The notes beneath the pieces were generated by a model. The model worked only from the letters and a program-made list of their open reading frames with translations, had not been told where the DNA came from and made no database searches. This document shows, piece after piece, positions 36,049 to 45,271 of a stretch of 64,000 nt of DNA. The stretch comes from a virus, in IMG/VR virus record IMGVR_UViG_3300043570_004127, positions 96,001 through 160,000 of that record. The stretch is one strand, 5' to 3'. The translations under genes and the position numbers were made by a program. Numbering within the stretch: the first letter of the stretch is position 1; every line of letters begins with the position of its first letter.

Positions 36049-36950
36049 GACAAATGTCCGGCTATTGAATATTCCGCAAACTGACCAATCTTCGCCAAAC
36101 CCACAACATCACCATTTTCTTCATCGATAGAAAATCTTATACTTATTTCGGCTATTACTGGTGTATCCACAGAGAACGATGCATCGAACGAGGTATCCGT
36201 ATTAGTAAAACTCTCTATAAAGTACTTCCCGGTTGAATTAAATATTTCAGCAACATTTCCTTTTATCCCAAGGTTCACATCTTCTTTTCCAAATGGGGTG
36301 TTAATCCTAAGACAGTAAAACTTATCATACCCACCATTTTCATTTTCGGCGGAGCGAGAGTACGCAGTCCAGTCTTGGGTTGGTTTTACGTTAGGGTCTT
36401 TCGGTGCAAAATTTGCACTTACGACCAAACGTGCTTCCTCTCTGTTTCGATGCCTATTTGTCATGTGTGTTAAATAGGAATTAAAGATTATCAAATCTCC
36501 TGTTTCCGGTTTTATCTCTATGGAGTTTTCGATTGTGTTTCCAGCATTCACTAGAAATATCAAATCGGCGCTTCCGTCTGGGGCGCACGGATAGTAAGCG
36601 ATTGAGAAATACTCTTCGGGGTGTAGATGCGTGTTTGATTTGTGGGAGTGTGCCGAGACCGACTGCCCAAATTCAAGGCTCAGTGTCCATATGTCGCTCA
36701 TAACCATCTCTCGACCAACCGCGGTTGAAACTCGTTCCGTCAACTTGTCAATGAGCTTTTCTGACTCAATCATTCCAAATGGATATTTTCTATCTTCGTA
36801 ATATGTGTGATGCTTGTCGTCCATAAACGAATCGTCTATTTCTCCGTGAGCACCAGCAATCTCTTCCAGAAGTTTGGAATTATCAATACCGATTATCTTC
36901 GTTTTAAGGACATCAATCGACACCAGGTTTATTTTCTCAATATCACTCAT
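36045..36950 (-). CDS. Putative 2OG-Fe(II) oxygenase (TIGR02466-like) with a C-terminal beta domain
   Basis: HSH...FSIAYY...GDLIIFNSYL.H...RLVVSANF. Confidence 0.75.
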   Translation of the reverse strand: MSDIEKINLVSIDVLKTKIIGIDNSKLLEEIAGAHGEIDDSFMDDKHHTYYEDRKYPFGMIESEKLIDKLTERVSTAVGREMVMSDIWTLSLEFGQSVSAHSHKSNTHLHPEEYFSIAYYPCAPDGSADLIFLVNAGNTIENSIEIKPETGDLIIFNSYLTHMTNRHRNREEARLVVSANFAPKDPNVKPTQDWTAYSRSAENENGGYDKFYCLRINTPFGKEDVNLGIKGNVAEIFNSTGKYFIESFTNTDTSFDASFSVDTPVIAEISIRFSIDEENGDVVGLAKIGQFAEYSIAGHLS

Positions 36951-37617
36951 AGAAGAATTCGCCTAATTTTAGCGCAGTTGGTGGATTGTCTCGATGCCAC
37001 ACGTTTGTGACCATGACTTGCCTGATTCCGCTCTTTGCAGGTGTGGTCCCATGGACAACGTGGCCAGTATCAAAAATGATTACACGGTTACCCTTGTAGG
37101 CGATTCTTTCACGCTCTTCAACTGGAACTAATAACGTGTTGATGTTTTCAGACTCAATAGCCAGTTTTTCTCCATCTTTCAAAATGGCTTTATTGTATAT
37201 TTCAACAAAACCACCATCCTGATTGTCGAGACCATAGAATATCGAGCCAGTCAATGGGCCACTAAAAGTCTTTGACTCCTGGTAAAGAAAGGTGTCTTCA
37301 TCGACATGAACATCAAGATACTGGCCTGGGAGATAGGTTCTTGTCCAGTACTCAATACCGAGGATTTCGCTTGTATCGCATGGAAGGTTGTCTTCCCAAA
37401 TTGCCTGAACGACCCGCTTCCTTAATGTGTTTGCTGGAGTGGACCACCATCCATCCCAAAACATATATGGAGCAAAACAACTTGACTTTTCGTAATGGTA
37501 CGAATTCAGCTCTGTAGCTAATCTTTCGTCAGAGCCCATTGACTCTGGGAAAAATAGTTTGTCAGCTAATACATCTTCATACAAAGAATCATTGAGTGCA
37601 TTGTCTTTTATAATCAT
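36943..37617 (-). CDS. 2OG-Fe(II) dioxygenase
   Basis: GIEYW...HVDED...GNRVIIFD..HG....R. Confidence 0.75.
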   Translation of the reverse strand: MIIKDNALNDSLYEDVLADKLFFPESMGSDERLATELNSYHYEKSSCFAPYMFWDGWWSTPANTLRKRVVQAIWEDNLPCDTSEILGIEYWTRTYLPGQYLDVHVDEDTFLYQESKTFSGPLTGSIFYGLDNQDGGFVEIYNKAILKDGEKLAIESENINTLLVPVEERERIAYKGNRVIIFDTGHVVHGTTPAKSGIRQVMVTNVWHRDNPPTALKLGEFFYE

Positions 37618-38348
37618 GATTCTCCTTTGACGACAATAGTCATTCCGTAAAACAGAGGAACGTGATACACGCTGCAGCCGGATATCCTCTTAAGCGCTTC
37701 GTGGTATCCCCAGATTGGAGTTGCCTTTGTGTGATTGTTGTACAGAAACATACTGTCAGAGGTATTTTGGATTATCAGAATCCCGTTATCCTCGAGCCTG
37801 TCGACAAAGGCGCTAACAGGGATTAGTGGATTCTCCATATCCTGCGACCAAGAGAGCATCATGTCGTACTTATTGTTTACATGCTTTTCAAAATCCTGCA
37901 TTGTAACGACGTCATAGTCGTCAATTGGGTCTTGGAACTTTTCATACAGACTAAGTTTTTTGTTGTTGAGAAAGGTAATGTGGGCCCCATGTATCGACTT
38001 AAAAACCTTTAATCTGAACCTATCGAGACCACCTGAAATTGCCAATACATTTTTCTTCTTTGAGATATCCATAATCCCAAGAATTAGAAGAATCGACATC
38101 CATTGAGCCTGACCATACGCACTTGAAAGATTTGGTCTTGGATAATGGACAACGAACTCATAATCGCTCGCACCGCCGGTGGCAATATTCCTTCTATCAA
38201 TACCAACCGTATTGAAAAGATACTCGGCTATAGCGACAGAGTGACCACCATCTTCGCGGTTGCATTGGTCTGCATATTCTTCCCAATTAAACTGAAGAGA
38301 ACTAAAATCAAAAGAAACTTCAGGTTCATACCTTTTATCTTGTTCCAT
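37614..38348 (-). CDS. Methyltransferase-fold-like protein
   Basis: KNVLAI, KYDMML, DRLEDNGILII resemble class I SAM-MTase elements, but the motifs are degenerate. Confidence 0.45.
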   Translation of the reverse strand: MEQDKRYEPEVSFDFSSLQFNWEEYADQCNREDGGHSVAIAEYLFNTVGIDRRNIATGGASDYEFVVHYPRPNLSSAYGQAQWMSILLILGIMDISKKKNVLAISGGLDRFRLKVFKSIHGAHITFLNNKKLSLYEKFQDPIDDYDVVTMQDFEKHVNNKYDMMLSWSQDMENPLIPVSAFVDRLEDNGILIIQNTSDSMFLYNNHTKATPIWGYHEALKRISGCSVYHVPLFYGMTIVVKGES

Positions 38349-38616
38349 TTGTCACCTCGTATAGAGCAGCCTGCACATCAAACCAAGCACGGCGGACATT
38401 TCTTGTCAGTGTGATATTTTGTCTTTTTATATAGTCCTTAACACTGGAATCAATTTCGGTGTCATGGTCATATCGGTATCTGTCTCGAATTGCGTTTACG
38501 CAATCGTCTATTGTGATTTCGTCAAAACGCGATTCATCAAACCCGAGTATGAACAAGTATGCTGCAAGCTGTTCTGAACGATACGCCAAATCGGCAACTG
38601 GGTCATACCTGCTCAT
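38335..38616 (-). CDS. Hypothetical protein
   Basis: 93-aa ORF overlapping both neighbours in the operon. Confidence 0.6.
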   Translation of the reverse strand: MSRYDPVADLAYRSEQLAAYLFILGFDESRFDEITIDDCVNAIRDRYRYDHDTEIDSSVKDYIKRQNITLTRNVRRAWFDVQAALYEVTNGTR

Positions 38617-38794
38617 CTTTTTCCTTTTTCACATCAAACATTGCTACACCTTGACACATTGATACAGGCTTACCAGCAACATAATAGACACCGGTGCTTG
38701 AGTCCCATTCAATAATCTCGTTATCCCACTCTTCGGCGTCAGTTATTGCTTCACCTTTTCTGGTGCTCATCTTGAAGTCTTGTGGCTCATCCAT
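38603..38794 (-). CDS. Small acidic hypothetical protein
   Basis: 63-aa ORF coupled to its neighbours. Confidence 0.55.
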   Translation of the reverse strand: MDEPQDFKMSTRKGEAITDAEEWDNEIIEWDSSTGVYYVAGKPVSMCQGVAMFDVKKEKDEQV

Positions 38795-39002
38795 CTTTAA
38801 GTGCTTCCAATGCGGAGTACTCGTTTGACATAAGCCTAAAAGCGTTGTACTCTATTGTTCCTTCTTCGTGCGTATTTTCCCCAGAATACACGGGGGTCAT
38901 ACCCTCGCTCGCCATCAACTGACTCATCTCCCCTATTGACGCGGTCAGAAATCGTGCAGCCCTATTCTTTGCCATTAGAGGGTCATATTTTCCAAGTTTC
39001 AT
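38787..39002 (-). CDS. Small hypothetical protein
   Basis: 71-aa ORF; ATGA overlap with the upstream oxygenase. Confidence 0.55.
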   Translation of the reverse strand: MKLGKYDPLMAKNRAARFLTASIGEMSQLMASEGMTPVYSGENTHEEGTIEYNAFRLMSNEYSALEALKDG

Positions 39003-39616
39003 AAAAGTTCACGTATCCTCTCGTGCAGGCCAACAAGCTTATCAGTCGTATAAAAAGATGCAAGGGTGTACCTATCCCCACTGAGAACAGGCTTTACCTC
39101 GTGTCTAAACTCGGAGCCGCTTGGGAAGAAAACTAGCTGATTTGCTTTCGGCTTAATCATCAGGTCAAGTTCTTCAAAATACAACTCACCCCCATCGTAA
39201 TCAGCATTGAGGTAGAGGATTGATGAGTACTCATTTAGGACTTCAGACATCTGGTTGTTTGGGTCGTAGTTTCTGAGTGGCTCTGGATTGCCCCCGTAGT
39301 ATCCTTCTGCATCTGCGTGCATTTTAAGATACGAGCCAGGCAGGTACTTTCTTAAATACGGTTCATACAAGAAGCACAACCTCCTACCCACCGTGGCGGA
39401 TACGAGCGCCAATGCTCTAGATGAGACGTCTATGCGTTCCTGGCAGTCTGGTCTTTCGGTATATCTTTCACCGTCTAGATACTCCTGCCAGGTGTTATCC
39501 CAATGAATGAATTCCTTGCACTTATAAAGAATTTTTGACAATTCGTCACTCGTTGCAAAGTTGTCAACAACATGAACATTTCTTATCAATAAATCTTTAT
39601 AATCAAGCATCGACAT
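38999..39616 (-). CDS. 2OG-Fe(II) dioxygenase
   Basis: HAD...YLNADYDGGELYF...FPS...HEV...RYT. Confidence 0.88.
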   Translation of the reverse strand: MSMLDYKDLLIRNVHVVDNFATSDELSKILYKCKEFIHWDNTWQEYLDGERYTERPDCQERIDVSSRALALVSATVGRRLCFLYEPYLRKYLPGSYLKMHADAEGYYGGNPEPLRNYDPNNQMSEVLNEYSSILYLNADYDGGELYFEELDLMIKPKANQLVFFPSGSEFRHEVKPVLSGDRYTLASFYTTDKLVGLHERIRELL

Positions 39617-39618
39617 TA

Positions 39619-40323
39619 TTATTGTCCTGGAATTTTTAGTTTTGGCATTCCCTTGAAAGTGGGTCCAATTTTATTCCCGTCAGCGTCAAGGCCAGTCTTT
39701 ATTCCTTTTGTCCATGTCCAAGGATTCTCTTCGTTGTTTTTCATCTTCACATCGCCATACTTTGCGCGGCTCTTCATAAGCTCCATGTCATCTGAAAGGT
39801 TGCCGATGGTGAATTCAACATTCTCCAAAACGGTACTTTCAAATATTGAGAAAAACATGAATGGCATTCCAGCCTCAAACAAGACAGGTTCACCAATCTT
39901 GTTTATCTTCCAGTTCATTTGGAACTCATCGGGCCACCAACTACTTGGAATGATTGCAGAGAGTGCTTGTGCGTCATCTCTTATGTAGTTAGGCGAACCA
40001 CCAATAAATGTCTCGTACCCTGGTTCGGTTCCGAAAATCCAACCGACAGAGAAAGAAACCATTCCGATTATTCCACCGTAGGCAATCTGTCTGCCGCCGT
40101 ATGAACCGCCTTCAAGTATTGTTGGGACTGTATTACCGCCGTCCCACTGGGCAATAACGTCTTGCGGAAGAACAAGTTCCCAGCCATACACATTGGCTAC
40201 CGTCATTGGCAGGCATTGATATGCATGTTTTTTGTATGTTTCATCCATCCAGTCACGATTGATTCTGGATTGTCGAATCTCTGGTGGGTTATCGTGTGTT
40301 CGTTTTAGATTCACCTTAACCAT
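39619..40323 (-). CDS. DUF6065-family protein
   Basis: RDWMD...HAYQCLP..AN.YGWE, T.PGY, G.PN, F.MNWK, F..G.PF. Confidence 0.75.
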   Translation of the reverse strand: MVKVNLKRTHDNPPEIRQSRINRDWMDETYKKHAYQCLPMTVANVYGWELVLPQDVIAQWDGGNTVPTILEGGSYGGRQIAYGGIIGMVSFSVGWIFGTEPGYETFIGGSPNYIRDDAQALSAIIPSSWWPDEFQMNWKINKIGEPVLFEAGMPFMFFSIFESTVLENVEFTIGNLSDDMELMKSRAKYGDVKMKNNEENPWTWTKGIKTGLDADGNKIGPTFKGMPKLKIPGQ

Positions 40324-40858
40324 AAAGAATTGCCATCTCCTCTGCTAGGACGCGGTTTAATAATTTTGCTGATTTTGGTAGCGTTCTTATTCTCCAAAAA
40401 CCACCAAACAAATCTTTCACTGCATCCGCATGCGGACCAGACAGGTACATTGTTTTTTCGCCAATGTCGTCACTTGATGGTTCGGTAATTGGCCAACCGC
40501 GTAGGGCTCCCTCCACATACTTGACCCCTTTGGGAACGAGTATGTTTTCAAGGTCGGCGTCATTTGAATCAGCCCACATTGCGTTCAGGTCGATATATAT
40601 GCCTTTGAAATTCCGTGAAACTATTTCCTGGCCAAGCTCAAACGGGTCGAAGTTCTTTGCAATACAAAAAAAGAACTCACTCTTTTCTACGAGCGCATCA
40701 AACGTGAGAACGTCCTGTATCCCAAACTTTTCCGCACGGGCCTTAGTTTCGTCAGAGCGGCCCTCGGACGCCCATATGCATTCATGACCGTACAAAGAGC
40801 AAGAGTACGCGACGGTTGAACCCATTGCCCCAGGAGAGTAGATTCCTACGACCGCCAC
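40316..40858 (-). CDS. NAD(P)-binding oxidoreductase (6PGD/beta-HAD N-terminal domain only)
   Basis: VGIYSPGAMG, WASEGRS..T..RA, YIDLNA, YLSGP. Confidence 0.75.
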   Translation of the reverse strand: MAVVGIYSPGAMGSTVAYSCSLYGHECIWASEGRSDETKARAEKFGIQDVLTFDALVEKSEFFFCIAKNFDPFELGQEIVSRNFKGIYIDLNAMWADSNDADLENILVPKGVKYVEGALRGWPITEPSSDDIGEKTMYLSGPHADAVKDLFGGFWRIRTLPKSAKLLNRVLAEEMAILYG

Positions 40859-41523
40859 TACTGACTAAGTGGAGCCTTTACTCCATCGTAGCTGCCCTTG
40901 ATGTCGTGGTTTCTGTCGTTGTAGTCAAACATTGTTACCGCTGAGTACTTGGTTCCACTTATCACGGGTTTTGCTGCGTGGGCATAGATAAAGGTTGACG
41001 GGAACATAACAATGTCTCCAGCTTCGGGCTTAAATGTCAAGTCCAAGTATGGAAACCATAGTTCTCCACCTTCGTAGTCATCGTTGAAATATCCGACAGA
41101 AGAAACTGTACATGTGTAAGAAAACCCATGGTCTGTGTGCACCTGGAAGTGTTGGCTTTCTTTGTACCGAATAAAGTTAATGGCTTCCATGTATTCCATG
41201 TTTATGTTGTAGCGACTCTGGTAATCAGTCATGCACGCACGTATGGCACCAGCCGTGTCTGCATATATATTTTTTAGCTCTGCAAATTGTGGATACTGTT
41301 GAAGGTATTCAATATGTGTTTCCCCAATTTTGCAGTCAACACAGTCTCGGTACTCTGGCATTTTTTGCGAGTATCCAACAAGGGCTTCGTTCCACTTGAA
41401 TAGACCTACCGTACTATTTCCTATAGTCGCCTCTAGACGATTAATTATGTCCAATTCTTTTGGTAGTGCATTTTTGTAGAGAAGAATCCCTAGGCGCGGG
41501 TCGCTGAGTATTTCGGTTTCCAT
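40858..41523 (-). CDS. 2OG-Fe(II) dioxygenase (prolyl-4-hydroxylase-like)
   Basis: HTD...YFNDDYEGGEL.FP...FPS.F.YAH.A.PV..GTKYS. Confidence 0.9.
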   Translation of the reverse strand: METEILSDPRLGILLYKNALPKELDIINRLEATIGNSTVGLFKWNEALVGYSQKMPEYRDCVDCKIGETHIEYLQQYPQFAELKNIYADTAGAIRACMTDYQSRYNINMEYMEAINFIRYKESQHFQVHTDHGFSYTCTVSSVGYFNDDYEGGELWFPYLDLTFKPEAGDIVMFPSTFIYAHAAKPVISGTKYSAVTMFDYNDRNHDIKGSYDGVKAPLSQ

Positions 41524-41577
41524 AGTCCCAGTCTATACATATCGGAGATGTCCATACGCCACCTGGAGATACGTGAT

Positions 41578-42462
41578 TTAGAGCGGAAGGAATGCTTCTG
41601 CAAAATGTATCTGCCTATGAATCCCGGGGTGGACCGAATCGACAGCCTCATCCCAGAACTCCACATTATCTCCGTCGTGCTCACACCCGTCAATCATTAA
41701 CGATTCATTTGGGTTGATGAAATTTTCAATCCCAAGTACGGAATAGACGCGATTATCTACAGGGTCCCACGAGTAAAACTTAAAATTTATTTCTTCTATG
41801 GAGCAGAAATCCTGGAGATTCTTTAAAGAGTTCAATGAGTTTTGGATAACAATATCTAAAGATATCTCTTTACCTCTTGAGCGCCCTGGGAAGAAATTTT
41901 CATGAGACAGAAACTCACGGTCTCTTTTCGACCAGGCGAACCTCTCCCTGTACGGGGGTGTGTCTACGCTTATCCATTGTCTACCTGCTTCTGGGGCGAG
42001 GAAAAGTAAATGTTTTGGTTTGCCATAAATCTTAATGAATTCAAAGACAGCTGTAGTAATCTGCTGAATCGAGCCGCCAGGTATTCCTAGTTGGTTAAAA
42101 GAAAGTTGTGTTCTTTCGCCGACGACATACGGCCAGGAGAGACCAGTGCTTAGTCCTATTCCGGCAGTGAAAGAGCATCCTGCGGCAAGTATTTCAGCAT
42201 TTCTTATGAATTCTTTACCTATAATCCCATTTTTGTTTACGTGGTATTTTACGTTCTCATGCGGTTTATGTGAAGCAGAATCATTCGTGTCCAAGCCAGA
42301 TTCTTTGTAACTAAAAAAACTTGGATTAAATTGTGCTTCACCGCAAAAATCTATAACGTCTTTCGAAAACATGTTTTCGTAAACGTTTTGCAAACGCTTT
42401 TCGTATATTTTTCGATAATGGTTTTCGCGCATCCTGTCAAAGCCCAATGTTTTTACCCGCAA
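41578..42462 (-). CDS. SGNH/GDSL-like hydrolase/acyltransferase
   Basis: GCSFTAG...SWP...NQLGIPGGS...D.VHPG...H. Start uncertain. Confidence 0.7.
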   Translation of the reverse strand: MRVKTLGFDRMRENHYRKIYEKRLQNVYENMFSKDVIDFCGEAQFNPSFFSYKESGLDTNDSASHKPHENVKYHVNKNGIIGKEFIRNAEILAAGCSFTAGIGLSTGLSWPYVVGERTQLSFNQLGIPGGSIQQITTAVFEFIKIYGKPKHLLFLAPEAGRQWISVDTPPYRERFAWSKRDREFLSHENFFPGRSRGKEISLDIVIQNSLNSLKNLQDFCSIEEINFKFYSWDPVDNRVYSVLGIENFINPNESLMIDGCEHDGDNVEFWDEAVDSVHPGIHRQIHFAEAFLPL

Positions 42463-42493
42463 CCTTCACAAACGCTTCATCCATTACTGCAGT

Positions 42494-43156
42494 CTATACG
42501 GTAGTAAAGAATCCTTGTGACATATAGCGGGTACCGGAGATAATCGGCCTCACGCCATGGGCCATATCTTCGTGCCAAGTGTGCGACCAAATCAGTAAAG
42601 AATTAGCTTTTGGTTTTATCGATAGTCCAAGGATTGGCATGTATAACTCACCGCCCTCGTAGTCGTCATTGACGTAGTAGACGCATGAAAAGTCAGTGAC
42701 TGCGCCAGCCTTATCCAAAAACACGCCGTCGCAGTGAAGGCCCATATTGTCGCCTTCTTTGGCCATCGACAACCAGGGACCGCTTTCAAAATAGGTCTTA
42801 TTCCCGTAAGTGTCTTTTATTGTGTCTCTGACATTTATCAACATCCACGACAGAATTTTGTTAACCTTCTCATCTGCTGGTATATGCATGGAAATTTTGT
42901 AATTATCCCCGTTTGTCATGTAGCCACCAGAACTAATTTCATCCCTGGTTGGCAAGAAAGAGGTTTGGAAGGTTATCTCTGGGTTAAGAGAATGGGTCTT
43001 TTTCTTCCAACCAATCTCTGGGTTATGACCAACAAACTCAAATTTATCTTCATTATTCTCGCAATATGCTTTTACTACTCCCCATTCATCTTGTGGTAGG
43101 TAGTCAACGAACAAACCTATTCTTGGCGTATTGGTAAGAAGAGGTTCGTGTCCCAT
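42494..43156 (-). CDS. 2OG-Fe(II) dioxygenase
   Basis: HCD...YVNDDYEGGELY...HGV...RYM. Confidence 0.88.
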   Translation of the reverse strand: MGHEPLLTNTPRIGLFVDYLPQDEWGVVKAYCENNEDKFEFVGHNPEIGWKKKTHSLNPEITFQTSFLPTRDEISSGGYMTNGDNYKISMHIPADEKVNKILSWMLINVRDTIKDTYGNKTYFESGPWLSMAKEGDNMGLHCDGVFLDKAGAVTDFSCVYYVNDDYEGGELYMPILGLSIKPKANSLLIWSHTWHEDMAHGVRPIISGTRYMSQGFFTTV

Positions 43157-43157
43157 A

Positions 43158-43775
43158 TCATTCGACCGTAAAGAATGCTGGGGATGTGTATCGCTCGCCG
43201 CTCGTGACCATTTTCACACCATGTAGATAGTTGATGTCCCCAGGGTGGATTACGGCAAGACCAGGCTCTGGCTTTACGACGATGTCGTGTTCTGGATAGT
43301 AAAGTTCTCCGCCTTCGAAGTCGTCGTTCCAATAGAAAAGCGAATTGATGTCGTATGTTGGGAACGGATTTGGTGAGCCATCATTCATCTGCTTATCCGC
43401 ATGTGGGCGTTGTTCAATCCCACCAAACCACCGAACTATGCATGGTGGCCGTTTCTCTAGTTTGCAATTAAAAATCTCACCTGCAGTCACAGCCATCTTG
43501 TCGAGATAGAAATCAATAAGGTCGTACACCTCTTTGTTGATTCTCTCCAAAATAGTCGAAGTACATTGCCTATTGTTCCAATACGCAGCATTATAAGTGC
43601 ATACGCCGTTTTCGTCAAAGATGTCCGTGTCCGAACCATTTGACCATTCTTTTATGGTCCTAGCAAATGACGAGATGATAGATGCATCTTTTTCATCAAT
43701 GAAGTTCTTTATGACGTGGATATTTTCTGGGCCAGTGCCGAAAAATCCAGGTTCTATCTTCCATGGTGAATTCAC
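43158..43775 (-). CDS. 2OG-Fe(II) dioxygenase
   Basis: HADK...YWNDDFEGGELYY...HGV...RYT. Confidence 0.88.
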   Translation of the reverse strand: MNSPWKIEPGFFGTGPENIHVIKNFIDEKDASIISSFARTIKEWSNGSDTDIFDENGVCTYNAAYWNNRQCTSTILERINKEVYDLIDFYLDKMAVTAGEIFNCKLEKRPPCIVRWFGGIEQRPHADKQMNDGSPNPFPTYDINSLFYWNDDFEGGELYYPEHDIVVKPEPGLAVIHPGDINYLHGVKMVTSGERYTSPAFFTVE

Positions 43776-43802
43776 GGAATAAGACTACATCACCCTTAAG
43801 GC

Positions 43803-44693
43803 TTAATTGAGCCCCAGATATTCATCGATATCAAGACTGATTAGGTCAAGGGACACGTCTACACCCTTTTCCTTTACCTGTGGGTCAATCCATGGTTCGC
43901 CATCATCTTTTGGACCTACGAATGGCTTCCAGTCTTTTTCACCATTGTCTAGAAACTTCTCATCAAGCCACGGATATATTTCGCCAAAGACGTCTCTTTC
44001 GCCGAGCAAGAAACCATTTGAGTATCTCTTGGTTTTGGTTCCAGTTCTGTCAATCAAGAACTTTGTGAAGTTCCCCGTAATTGGAAAGGCGCGTTTTGCG
44101 TCTTTTGGAACATCTTCAGAAATACCCGACCAAGGCACTGATTCTCCAGTATATGGAACACCAAGTTTATTTAGTGTCGCGTTATAGCCCTCTGTTAGGT
44201 AGTACCAAAGAGTATTCTGTGTCTGGGATATTTCCGTATTTGGAACAAAATCGGACTCATATGTAACTTTGTCAACTCTGCCATTAGTGAGTTCTGAGAA
44301 CTCAAATGTGGTTCCAAAGTTCTCTTCCGCGTACTTTTTGGCAAATTCACCAACCGACATATCAATATTGTTCACTGTGCAGTACGAGGCAATCCCATCC
44401 TGGAATTCTTTGTACCCATGGCACTGAAAGTCATCGACAACAATCGCAATAATGTCAAAGTCTGGTTCATTCTTGTAACGCTGATTTAGCTTCTCTATAA
44501 TGCCGTGCTGTGGAATATTGCCACAACCTGCAGCAACGTTGAATAAAAGGGTTACCTTGCCTTTTCTGTTGGCCAGAATATCTTGCACTTTTCCATCGCT
44601 AGAGGCAATTGGTATGTCATAAAGCGAAATCGGATGAACGACCTCTGAGGCCACTGCGTGTTCACTGTTTAGGTAGTTTTCAATCGACGTCAT
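43803..44693 (-). CDS. Glutathione-peroxidase-fold protein with insertions
   Basis: KGKVTLLFNVAAGCGNIPQH...GNFTKFLIDRTG. Confidence 0.8.
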   Translation of the reverse strand: MTSIENYLNSEHAVASEVVHPISLYDIPIASSDGKVQDILANRKGKVTLLFNVAAGCGNIPQHGIIEKLNQRYKNEPDFDIIAIVVDDFQCHGYKEFQDGIASYCTVNNIDMSVGEFAKKYAEENFGTTFEFSELTNGRVDKVTYESDFVPNTEISQTQNTLWYYLTEGYNATLNKLGVPYTGESVPWSGISEDVPKDAKRAFPITGNFTKFLIDRTGTKTKRYSNGFLLGERDVFGEIYPWLDEKFLDNGEKDWKPFVGPKDDGEPWIDPQVKEKGVDVSLDLISLDIDEYLGLN

Positions 44694-45268
44694 TTTGCCA
44701 ACTCGTTTTCAATCATTTCTGATAGTTTTTGGAGCTCTACTTCAGGAGACTCACATCTTCCATCATTGTAAGCATACTCAAGCAGCACACCATTGGTGAT
44801 TCTGGCTACTCTTTCGCCCTTTTTGTTAACCAAGAACTTTTCAAAGTTTCCAGTCATGTCTTGCTTGAGTCTTTTTTCGTCTTCCGTCATGAGGGTTTGA
44901 TACAGCTCATGTGGAGTGTTTTGTTTTTCTTCTTGCTTTTCGTGCCATGAAACAATTAGTTCAGAGAAATCAAACGAAGCGTTCCATTCGTTGACACCGT
45001 AATCCCTTGCGTGCTTTGCATCTCTTACGCCGTCTGCGTACTCTCCGTAGGTAACTCCACCGCCGCAGAAATCATTTGTGGGAACAGCAACAACGTTGAA
45101 TCCAAGGTCTTTGTATTTCTGATAAAGACCCTCAATAATTCCAAACTGGGGTGCGTTTCCACAGTGTCCAGTCGTATTAATGATTAGCGTTACCTTGCCT
45201 TCAGAGTCCTTGAGAATATCTCGTTCGCCATCCCATGACTTGAGGTCGATGTCGTAAATTGATTTCAT
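44690..45268 (-). CDS. Glutathione-peroxidase-fold protein
   Basis: GKVTLIINTTGHCGNAPQF..E.LYQKYKD.GF.V.AVPTNDF...GNFEKFLV. Confidence 0.85.
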   Translation of the reverse strand: MKSIYDIDLKSWDGERDILKDSEGKVTLIINTTGHCGNAPQFGIIEGLYQKYKDLGFNVVAVPTNDFCGGGVTYGEYADGVRDAKHARDYGVNEWNASFDFSELIVSWHEKQEEKQNTPHELYQTLMTEDEKRLKQDMTGNFEKFLVNKKGERVARITNGVLLEYAYNDGRCESPEVELQKLSEMIENELAK

Positions 45269-45271
45269 TTT

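Noticed and set aside
35437-45268. Selenocysteine GPx or stop-codon recoding
   Set aside because: There is no in-frame TGA at the active sites, and genes tile densely under the standard code.
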